A stretch of 64,000 nt of DNA from Eledone cirrhosa (taxonomy: Eukaryota): the NCBI GenBank assembly GCA_964016885.1, contig OZ024757.1:33170001-33234000 (forward strand), read 5' to 3'. The notes under the pieces were generated by a model. That model saw nothing but the letters and a program-made list of their open reading frames with translations, was not told the origin of the DNA and made no database searches. This document shows positions 53,101 through 64,000 of this stretch, piece by piece; the stretch's first letter is position 1, and each line of letters starts with the position of its first letter. The position numbers and the translations under genes are program-made.

Positions 53101-53677
53101 GGATTGGCAGTATCGGTAGAGGGTCGGACGCCATGCTTTCCAGCATAGAGTTACGTCCCTTGCCATTCTGAGTTCAAATCCCGCCGAGGTTAACTTTGCC
53201 TTTCATCCTCACGGGGTCAATGAAATAAAGTACCAGTAATGCACTGGGTAATTGCTGGCCTTGTGCCAAAAGTAGAAACAATTATTATTTCTTTTAAATA
53301 ACTCAAAAATGTAAATTGTAAATGGCAAAGTAGGTGTACGTGTATTAGTGTGACGGCATTATAGTAGATGTGGTATTATGTAGTGGTATGTAATATAGAG
53401 ATGTTTATATTTATTAAGCTATAGAATTGAGCAGTATAGAAGTTGTACTGTATTATGTAAGTGTGGAAAAAGAAAACTTAAGGAAGTATATAAATCAATA
53501 TAAAGGTGGTTGAAAATCAGTTGAATTCGTTGAGTGTTTCTACTTAGCAAGAAGTTGGCCTTTGAGATGTAGACATCCTCTAAAAAGTTTGATCTTTATA
53601 TATACATGTGTTTTTGGAGTGTGAATTACAAAAGAATAAATCTTCGATAAGTAAACATAGAGTCAATTTCTATAACT

Positions 53678-53832
53678 TAAAATATATGGCAAGTAAGAAT
53701 ATGTTTCCGTAGGTATGCAAAGTTTCATGGTGGTATCCAATTAATCATTGTAGATTCCTACTATGATTAATCAGATACTGCCATGAAACTGTAGGTACCT
53801 ATAAAAACATGTTTAGTTCCCATGTATTTTAA
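53678..53832. repeat. Imperfect ~155-bp palindrome, MITE-like
   Basis: agtttcatggtggtatccaattaatcattgtag-attc-ctactatgattaatcagatactgccatgaaact. Confidence 0.75.
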
Positions 53833-53844
53833 TATGGATATATT

Positions 53845-55308
53845 AGCCCTCTCCTGTTTGTTATTGCCCTACAGGCTATAACAGAAGAATTTAAGACCGG
53901 CGGCCCATGGGAACTCCTGTATGCACATGATTTAACTCTCATAGCTGAATCTATGGCAAAATTAGAGAAGAAATCCCAAACCTGGAAGCATGACCTAGAA
54001 TCAAAAAAGTCCTAAAGTTAACTTGTTAAAGGATATAAAAAGAAAAATAGGGCCCAGATTACCTCAGGGAAATGGCCTTGCTCAGTGTGCAAGAAAGGAG
54101 CAGATAGAAATTCCATCCTATGTCCCAAATGCAAGTTATGGGTACATAAAAGATGTAGTGGAATTACAGGCAGGTTATCAAAGAACATAGCTTTTATATG
54201 TGGCCTACCCTTGCGCATGGACTGAAGCATACATCTAGTATGCACCTCTTAACAACCATCCTCCTTCTTCCACACACCTCCCATGCCCTAACACCTGCAC
54301 AGGTGCAGAAAGTAGCAAATGCCCACAGAACACTAGTTCCTTCAAATGCCCAGATGGCTCTGTAGAAATAGTTGACAGTTTCCGTTACCTGGGAGACTAA
54401 ATCAGCAGTGAAGAAGGGTGTTCCAAAAGTATAGTAGCCAGAGTAAGAAGGGGATGGGGAAAGTTCAGAGCTACTAACGCTGCTAGCTACAAAAGGTTTT
54501 TCCATTGAAATGAAGATTGTATGATGCATGTATATGAATAGCAATGTTGCATGGTGGTGAGACCTGGGTACTGTGTGCAGAGGATCTGTGAAGATTGGAA
54601 AGAAATGACGCTTACATGCTCTGATGGATGTGTAATAGTAATACACACGAATGGCAAAGCATAAATGAGCTGAGAGAGAAATTATACATAAAAGCATTAG
54701 ATGCAATGTGCAAGACAGAAGATTGCCTCATTGTGGCCATGTGATGCGTATGAAGGATGACAGCTATATAAAAAGGCGGAGGGCAATGAAAGTTGATGGA
54801 AGTTATGGAGTAGGAAGACCCAGAAAGACTTGGGATGAGGTAATAAAAGCTGACCTTGCACAAATGCACCTCTCAAAGACAATGACACAGGATCATGATC
54901 TTTGGCGTTATGCAGTAATACAGAAGACCCGCCTTCCCTTGCACGTGGACTGATGCATACATCTAGTATGCACCTCTTAACAACCATCCTCCTTCTTCCA
55001 CACACCTCCCATGCCCTAACACCGCACCCACATCTGATCACACCACACTTACACTGTAAAGTTGTCATGTTAGTATCACAACAAAAAGCATCCAGCCCAT
55101 CTGTAAAGTGGTCAGGTAGATGTGATGACAAAAAGCACCCAGCACACACTGTAAATGTGGTTGGCATTAGAAAGGACATCCAGCCATAGAAACCAAGCCA
55201 GAAACAGTTCTGTATGAGCAAGACATGGTCACCCAATCCAACTTGCCTCAAACAGGTCAACCCATCTAACCCATGCTAGCGTGGAAAATTAACGTCAAAC
55301 GATGATAA
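53845..55308 (+). mobile_element. Older, decayed RTE LINE 3' portion with 3' UTR
   Basis: QAITEEFKTGGPWELLYAHDL..GKWPCSVCKKG..GRPRKTW, with many stops. Confidence 0.88.
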
Positions 55309-55445
55309 TATATCATACACAAAACGCCAGCACCAACAGTTTTGCAAGAGATGTCAACATGAATGGACCTGTTATTTTTATCTAAAGACATTTTTTTCCA
55401 ATTCCCTCCCGCCCGTCCCCTCAATCTATTTTATTTCTCATTCTT

Positions 55446-55481
55446 TCTTCTGATGAAGGACTAGCGTCCGAAACGTTAAGA
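55446..55481 (+). ncRNA. Minimal type I hammerhead ribozyme, in the repeat 55343-55570 (paralog of 1103-1332)
   Basis: TCTT-CTGATGA-A-GGAC(TAGC)GTCC-GAAA-CGT-T-AAGA, with all core positions intact. Confidence 0.8.
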
Positions 55482-56587
55482 CCCTATTCCTGCTATATCA
55501 AACGTTAACCTAATATATACCTGCCATATACTGTACCGATTGTGTTGTTATTTCTGTTTACCTTTTACATATATATATATATATATATGCATGCATGGAC
55601 CTGTAATTCCAGAGGGAGTTATAAGGACTCCCCTTTGACATATGGTGTATCTAAGGAATTTTTAAAAAACCTGGTGAAGCCCAACTCCTCTCCAAGTCTG
55701 AATACAGCAGATTTTTTCCAGAGAAGGGCAGATATAGAGAGAATGGAAGAGAATGGAAGTGAGAAAGAAATATAGGGGAAGAATTGACCCCAGTACTAGT
55801 ATGGACATATGATGTTAGTGTACCTGAATGGCAAAGCATGGATGATTTGAGAGAAAAACTGGGTATAAGAGAAATCAGATGGAGTGTGCAGGAGAAAGGA
55901 ATCAGATGTAGTATGCAAGAGTTTGCATTGGTATGGTCATGATGGAAGTGATGGTAGTGATGATGGTTGTGATGGTGGTGGTGGTGGTTATGGAAGTGAT
56001 GGTAGTGGTGATGGCTGTGGTGGTGGTGGTGATGGAAGTGGTGGTGGTGGAAGTGATGGTAGTGGTGATGGCTGTGGTGATGGTGGTGGTGGTGGTGGTG
56101 GTGATGGAAGTGATGGTAGTGGTGATGGCTGTGGTGATGGTGGTGGTGGTGGTGGTGGTGATGGAAGTGATGGTAATGGTGATGGCTGTGGTGGTGGTGG
56201 TGGAAGTGATGGTAGTGGTGATGGCTGTGGTGGTGGTGGTGATGATGAAAGTGATGGTAGTGATGATGGCTGTGGTGATGGTTGTGGTGATAGTGATGAT
56301 GATAGTGGTGGTGGTGGTGGTGGCAGTGGTGGTAGTGATGGTGGTGGTGGTGGTAGTGATGATGGTTGGCGTGGTGGTGTTGGCAGCAGTGATGATAGTT
56401 GTTGTGGTGGTGGTGGTGATGGTGTTGGAATTAATTGTGGTGGTGGCGGTAGCAGTGATGATGGTTGTGGGAGAAGAGGGGTGTTAGTGGTGGCAGTAGT
56501 GGTGGAGTGTTGGAATTAATTGAGAAAAGAGCTTTGGAGGAGGGCAATAGTTCAGTGGTGAGGTAATTAATTTGCATGTATATGTGC

Positions 56588-56642
<55 letters not shown>

Positions 56643-57128
56643 TGTGTATGTGCGTGTATGTATATGTGTATATATATGTGTGTGTATATATGTGTGTGTA
56701 TGTATATGTGTGTGTATGTATATGTGCATATATATGTGTGTGTGTATATATGTGTGTGTGTGTGTGTGTATGTGTGTGTATGTATATGTGCATATATATG
56801 TGTGTGTGTGTATGTGTGTTTGTGAATATATTCATGTGTATATGTGTATATATATGTGTGTGTGCGTGTATGCATGTGTGTATATTTGTGCATTTGTATA
56901 TGCATGCATGTGTATCTGTGTATATATGCGTGCGTGTGTTTGTCTATGTATGTATGTGTATATATGTGTGTACATGTGTTTGTAAGTATATATGTATGTA
57001 TGTGTATGTATGCACGTATATATGTATTTGTGTACATATATATGTGTGTGTGTGTGTGTGTGTGTATATACAAGGGAAAGAGAAAGAGACTTGTTAATAT
57101 TATGGCCATTTCAGACATTTGGTGAGTT

Positions 57129-57181
<53 letters not shown>

Positions 57182-57258
57182 AAATGAAAAGAAGCCAGGA
57201 TAGTGCTGCTTATGTATGATTGATTGGAGTTTAAACTTTCCTTTACAGGCAAATACAA

Positions 57259-57292
<34 letters not shown>

Positions 57293-57505
57293 GACAGTCA
57301 CAGTGTATGTATGTGTGTATATATGTATGTATGTATGTATAAATATATATATATATACATATATACATATATATATATATGTTATATATATATGCGTGTG
57401 TGTGTATTATATATATATATATATACATCATCATCATATATAGAGAAAGAGGGGGAGACAGACAGTCACAGTGTATGTATGTGTGTATATATGTATGTAT
57501 GTATG

Positions 57506-57545
<40 letters not shown>

Positions 57546-57647
57546 TACATATATATATATATGTTATATATATATGCGTGTGTGTGTATTATATATATAT
57601 ATATACATCATCATCATATATAGAGAAAGAGGGGGAGACAGACAGAC
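57293..57647. repeat. Tandem duplication (~170 bp) of microsatellite-rich sequence
   Basis: gacagtcacagtgtatg..catcatcatcatatatagagaaagagggggagacagacag occurs twice. Confidence 0.8.
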
Positions 57648-59319
57648 ATAGTGTGTATATATAGACATATATTGTAAAGATGGTGTATATATATGCAGCT
57701 TTTTTCCTCTGAGGAAATGAATGGAATAGTTTGAAGTGACTCAAAGTGGTTTTGGAAATAAATAAAGATTTCTCATCTAGGCACAAGGCCAGCAATTTGT
57801 GAGAAGGGGAAGTTGAATATGTCGACCCCAGTTTTTTACTGGTATTTTATTTTGTCGACCCTCAGAAGGATGAAAGGCAGAGTTGATCTTGGCAGGATTT
57901 TAGATCAGAATGTAGAAAATGTAGAAACTCGTAACTAAATACTGCAAAATATTTTGTCTGGTGCTCTACCGATTCTATCAGTACCCCATCATGTGGAATT
58001 CTAATCTAAAGTCTGTCTTATCCCAGTTTTATGGCACGAAGCGACTGAAAGTACAAGATTCCCCTTTGGACAGGACCCCAGTCTATCGCAGGGTTAAACC
58101 CCCAGCTATTGCTGGTACTCATATTCAGCTGAGTTTACTGGAGCAATATGAAATGAAGTGTTTTGTTCAAGAACACAACATGTAATCCAGCCCAGGAATT
58201 GAACCCATGACTTTATGATCATAAATCCAAGACCCTTACCACCAGGCCATGTGCCTAAATGTGGAAAGGAGATAATAATTTCTTATCTAGGCAGAAGAAC
58301 ACCAATTCCTAAAGGAAGGAAAACTCAATTATATCAACAGCAGTACTTTACCAGGACCATATTTTATAGACCCTGGAAGGATCTTCTTCTTCGCCCACTT
58401 ATACCTGAGAGGGTCATGGTGGCAGAATCCTCAAACACTCCTTCCAGAAAGTCCTGTCAGAAGCAACCTCCTCCAATTCATTGGGCTGGATCTCCAAGCA
58501 AGACCAGCTGAGTTCAGGATGAAAGACAAAATTGACCTCAGCGGGATTTGAACTCAGAACGTAAAGAACTGGAACAATACCACAAAGCATCATATCCGAC
58601 GCTCTACCAATTCTGCCAATCCACTGTAGAAAGGAAATAACAACAACAACAACAACAACAGAACAAGTGTAATGATAGTTTTGTTGTTGTCTGCTGTGGA
58701 AATGAAGAGAATCCCTTATGCATGGCCCCATAACTTCTAAAGGAGTCTTAGGGGTGCTGTACTGACATATGGTGTTTCTAAGGCATTTTGAAATCTGATG
58801 AAGCCCAATCCTCTCCAGGTCCGAATACAGGAGATTTATTCCAGAGAAGGATAGAGACTGAGAGAATGGAAGTTAGAAAGAGACACAGAAGAAGAATCGA
58901 CTCCAGTATTTGACTGGTACTTTTTTATAGACCTTGAATAAATGAAATGCAAAGTTTATCTCGGCAGGATTTGAACTCAGAGAGCAGAAAGCCAAAACAA
59001 ATACTGCAAAGCATTATATCCAATGTTCTAACAACTCAGCCAAGTTGCTGCCTACTTTGAATTATTGTAGGGTAGTAAAGTGGTTGTTGATAGGAAGGAC
59101 ATCCAGCCTTAGAAAACCTGCCAACAAAAGGTCAGAAGAGCTTTTCAACTATGCCATAGACATGATAATGTCCTTAGTGTTGATGATCTAAACCAACAGT
59201 CCCCAACCACCGGGCCGCAGACCGGTACCGAGCCATGGAGTATTTGGTTTGGGGTCGAACAGAAACGATACAAACTTTACAAATGTAATGTTGGAAATCA
59301 GGCAGAGAAAATGGAGTGT

Positions 59320-59750
59320 AGAGAGGACTGTTCTGCCTTATTGAGGACATAATTTCTCTAATGCTGGTGACATGATAAAATGCACTCAGTACACTCTGTA
59401 AAACTGTTGGAGGAATGAACCAGGGCAATATATGGTAGAGATGACTGTTCAGTCGTGCTGGGGGCATAATTTCTCTAGAGTTGATGACATGATAAAAGGC
59501 ACCGAGTACACTCTGTAAAGTTGTTGGAGGAATGAACCAGGGCAATATATGGTAGAGATGACTGTTCAGTCTTGCTGAGGACATCTTCTCTAAATGCACC
59601 CAGTACACTCTGTAAAGTTGTAGGAAGAATGAACCAGGGCAATATATGGTAGAGATAACTGTTCAGTCTTGCTGAGGACATAACTTCTCTACTATTGTTG
59701 TCAAGATAATAAGTGTCCAGTATAACTTGTAAAGTGTTAGGAAGGGTATC
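59320..59750. repeat. ~100-120-bp tandem repeat, about 4 units
   Basis: Recurrent agtacactctgtaaa..gaatgaaccagggcaatatatggtagagatgactgttcagtc. Confidence 0.8.
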
Positions 59751-61961
59751 CAACCATACAAACCAAGCTGAAATAAAATATATAAGTGAAAAGTGGTCCT
59801 CTGACATGACTAGGTGAGCAGGAGATCTGAATAAGAACTGATTTGGACCATAACGACCTGATGGGAATGGGTAGAGGGAGGGGTGGAGTCTATTCTTAGG
59901 CTGTGATAGTGGTGAAAGCTAGAGAGAGTTAGGAGGAAGAAGAAGGAGACTGAAGAGGAAAAGAGAGACAAAGAGAGAGAAAGAGAGAGACAGACAGATA
60001 GACAGAGAGCAGGGGTGGAGACTATTCTTAGACTTTGTGATAGTGGTGAAAGCTAAATTTGGTAGTTCTTGAAGTGGTATAAGCAGCAGAGTGAAGAAAA
60101 AAAAAGAAAGAAAGAAGTTTTTAGTTACTGCAGAAATGGTTGCTGTTGCTTATATAATAATTATTATCATCATTAATATTATTATTACTATCATTAATAT
60201 TATTATTATTATTGCTATGCAGCAGTGATGCCATTGAAAAACAACCACATGCAACAAGCTTACACACACATACACACACACACAGAGGCAAATATGTACA
60301 TATACTCTCTTTGACATCTATGAGAAGTGTACTCACTAAAGTGTGAGTTACACATGAGTCTTACAGGAGTGTGGTCAACAACAGATGTCCAAAACTAAAT
60401 TATTTCCTGGGTCCCGAGCTATTTGAGATCCAGCCCACTTTTTTCAGAATATAGTTTGGACTGAATTAATTTTATATGAAGGATTTAATAAACTTTTGTT
60501 ACCATATTCCTAGTGAAAGACACTGCGCATGGTTTTCAAATAATTTTGAAAATAATCAAAAATTTAGAGGGATTTGGTAAAATAACTAAGTTTTTCATTC
60601 TTAAAGTGGTGTTTGGAAGATAAAGGTTCTTACATAAAAATATAATGATAATGAAAATTATTGTGTACAGTGCTCAAGTGCACTACAACTTATCAAAGGT
60701 GCATGTATAGATAAATATAAACACTAACCTTTTTGTTACCATATTTCTAGTGAAAGACACTGTCTATAATTTTCAAATAATTTTGAAAATAATCAAGAAT
60801 TTAGAGGGATTTAGTAAAATAATTAACTTTTACATTATTAATCATCATCATCATTTTACGTCCGCTTTTTCCCTGCGTGCAAGGGTGGGACGGGTCTTAT
60901 TCAGCATAGCATCTCTCCACTTGTCACGGTCCTTCGTCATAATAATAATGATTTCTTTATTTCTTTATTGGCCACAAGGGCTGACATCAAGAAAAACATT
61001 ACAGACGGTACAGAACGATACAGGACGGTACGATGTGGGTTTTGTGTGTGTAAAGATTTTTATTATTTATATAAAATAATAATTCTTTCTACTTTTGGCA
61101 CAAGGCCAGCAATTACCCAGTACATTACTGGTACTTTATTTTATCGACCCTGTAAGGATGAAAGGCAAAGTTGACCTCAGCGGGATTTGAATTCAGAATG
61201 GAAAGGGCCGTAACTCTATGCGTCAAAGCATGACGTCCGACCCTCTACCGATACTGCCAATCCACCGCCCTTTTATATAAAATAATAATGAAAATGAAAA
61301 TTAATGTACAGTGATTTTCATTTAAACTGGTGTTTGGGGCATAACTTAACCATTTTGTTACTATACTTCTTGTAAAAGATATTACTTATAATTTTCAAAT
61401 AAATTTGAAAATAATAAAGAATTTGAAGAAGCCTCAGGCGTCCTCATACTCTGCACTGGTGAGCTCCTCCGTAAGATCAGAACGTCAGCAGCTCATCTGA
61501 GGAAGGAGCCCTGTGAGGATATGTGTGCCTGGGTATTTAATGCCCTAGGTTAGCTCTACGTGTGGCCCTTCTCCCAAATTAGCTGACAAAGCTAATTATT
61601 GACACTTCTTGCTATACCCACACTAAGAAAGTTACTAAGCTTACTCTCCCCCCCCCCTACAGAACCTACATTCACCCATGCTAAGTCATAACACCATACA
61701 ACCCCCTCCATCACTTTGGATATTTCCACGATGCTGCTACACAGCAATGATGTTTAATGATTTATTTAGTGATTGCAGGAAATTGTTATATATTTAATTC
61801 TATATATTTAGTTCTATATTTAGTTCTATATATTCAATTCTTGATAGGTTTGTTATTAAACTGATAACGTTAAAGACTTCTGATGTTCACAGTCACTGAA
61901 CCACCTCCCTTCTTAATACAATTGGAGTAGAGATAGTGGCTATTTTAATGCATCTCTCTTG

Positions 61962-62113
61962 CTATCCTCCGGGGTAACAATATTTCCATTTTTTCCACTG
62001 GGCTATGAGGTAGTTTGTGTCTGGGGTTCTGCACACCAGAGAACATTCTCCCACAATATCTGGGCTTGTATCATTGGAGTAGCAATGGTTATAGGTTGTT
62101 GATATATTTAATT
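61962..62113 (-). CDS. Candidate terminal coding exon, Cys/Trp-containing, product unknown
   Basis: After the acceptor ttttacaaatttgtag| one frame is open: (E)LNISTTYNHCYSNDTSPDIVGECSLVCRTPDTNYLIAQWKKWKYCYPGG*. The sequence is unique in the window. Confidence 0.3.
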
Positions 62114-62139
62114 CTACAAATTTGTAAAAAAAAAACTGA

Positions 62140-63510
62140 TTTCTGCTCTAGGTGGCTGCCTAGTTAACCTTAACAGTAGCACCGACTTTGTAGAAAGCTG
62201 TGCTCCTTTAAGTTTCAGTAATGTACCTCTCTCTCTCTCTCTCTGAAGTCTGTACCCTATAGGTGGCTGCCAAGTTGGCTTTAATGGTAGCACCAGACCT
62301 CTATAAACCTGTGATATTTTAAGGTTCAGCAATGTAACTCTCTGAGGTCTGTACCCTATAGGTAGCTACCAAGTTGGCCTTGTATCACCAGCCCTGAATA
62401 AACTGTGATATTCTAAGGTTCAGTAATGTACCTCTCTGAAGTATGTGCCCTAGGTGGCTGCCTAGTTAACCTTAACAGTAGCTCCAACTTTGTAAAAAGC
62501 TGTGATCCTTTAAGGTTCAATAATGTACCTCTCTCTGAATTCTGTGCCCTAGGTAGTTGCCTAGTTAGCTTTAATAACACCAGCCCTTTGTAAGACTGTA
62601 ATACCTTAAGGTTCAGAAAAGCACCTCTCGGTGGATTGTGGCACAGGCAGCTGCCTAATTATCCTTAATGATAAAACTGTATAAAACTGATACTTTAATG
62701 TTTAGTATTGTACTTCTACGAGGATTGTACCCTAATTGGTCTTAATGGCAGCATCAGCCTTGTATAAAACTGTGATCCTTTAAGGTCCAGTAATGTACAT
62801 CTCTGAGGATTGTGCGCCAGGTAGTTACCCATTTGGTCTTAATGATAGCACCAGCCCTGTATAAAACTGTGGTATTCTAAGGTTCAGTAATGTACCTCTC
62901 TGTGGTATGTACCCTATGTGGCTGCCTAGTTAACCTTAACAGTAACACCAGCCTTCTCTGAGGATTGTGCCCTGTGTGTTTGCCTAGTTGGCCTTAATGA
63001 CAGCCCCAGAGCAATGTACCTCGCTGAGGATTGTGCCCTGTGTGACTGCCTAGTTAACCTTACCAGTAGCCCCAGCCTTGTATAAAACTGATACTTTAAC
63101 CCTTTAGCATTCACATTTTATATATACTATTATATTTTCATGGTAATTATCTCACATAATTATCTCACATAATTATCTCACATAATTATCTCACATAATA
63201 TCGAATCTATGAGATTTTGAAAGTATTTATTTTGAGAACAATACCTTAACATCAGTTTGAGCGACCGGTTACAGCCAGTTTCAGAAAGAGGTAGAGAATT
63301 CTGGCTGGTTTTGGCCGGTTTGAACACTAAAGGGTTAAGGTTCAATAATGTTCTTCTCTGAGGATTGTGCCCTAGTTGGCCTTAAAGGCAACAACAGCCC
63401 TGTATAAAACTGTGATATTTTAAGGTTCAGTAATGCATCTCATCCTCACCCTCTGAGGTCTGTCCCTCATGTGGCTGCCTAGTTGGTCATGATGGTAACA
63501 TCAGCCCCGA
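62140..63510. repeat. ~97-bp satellite array interrupted by a piggyBac MITE
   Basis: Same unit as 5405-5683. Confidence 0.88.
63100..63334 (+). mobile_element. piggyBac-type MITE with an internal 13-bp unit (aattatctcacat) repeated 4 times
   Basis: The TTAA duplication is demonstrable because neighbouring satellite units show the empty site gata(t/c)ttTTAAggttcag. Confidence 0.9.
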
Positions 63511-64000
63511 CCCTGAGATATATATATATATGAGTTAATAGAGGCAGTGATGGTGTTGGGCGTTGACCATTATATTTGGGTGGGTTACATTCTTGAGAGC
63601 GAAGTAACTGTAGGTAAGGCCAGTATGTGTGTGTATATATGTGTATGTGAAGATGCATGTACATGTATGTGTGTTTGGGCATATGTGTGTGTATGTGAAT
63701 ATGTAGGAGCATGAGTGCATATGTACATGTATATGTGTATGAATGTGTATGCATATGTGTATATGTAGGAACATATGTACATATGCATGTATGTATATAT
63801 GTAGGAGTGTGTGTTCATATGTACATGTATATGTGTGTGAATTATATGTGTGTATATTTAGGAGTATATATACATGTATATGTGCATGCAAATGTATATG
63901 AATGTGTATATACATGTATGTATAAATGTGTATAGGTGTGCAGAGATTGTATTCAATACCATATTCATTCATCCCCCCCCACACACACACACACACTTTA

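Noticed and set aside
62006-62050. let-7-like TGAGGTAGTTTGTG
   Set aside because: The hairpin partner is poor, and an 8-mer match is expected by chance in 64 kb.

Overview
This is AT-rich, microsatellite-dense animal DNA. I infer an octopod cephalopod from the RTE LINEs, tRNA-derived SINEs and (TA)n/(CAC)n load; the sequence does not prove it. There is no complete host gene, and nearly all entries in the ORF track are microsatellite read-throughs. The real content is: RTE-clade LINE fragments (one near full length, with a PHD finger inside the RT); CR1-type and other LINE ends; two main SINE families; piggyBac and Tc1/mariner MITEs; several minisatellites; a few candidate minus-strand exons; and two CTCF-like motifs. 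The most striking feature is at 29632-31203. Five apparently identical 310-bp units (three in one orientation, then two inverted) each carry a complete type I hammerhead ribozyme, forming a retrozyme/Penelope-pLTR-like array folded into a palindrome with ~620-bp arms. About ten more hammerhead motifs from several families are scattered through the window, several inside local inverted repeats. All coordinates were read by eye and repeat boundaries are approximate.
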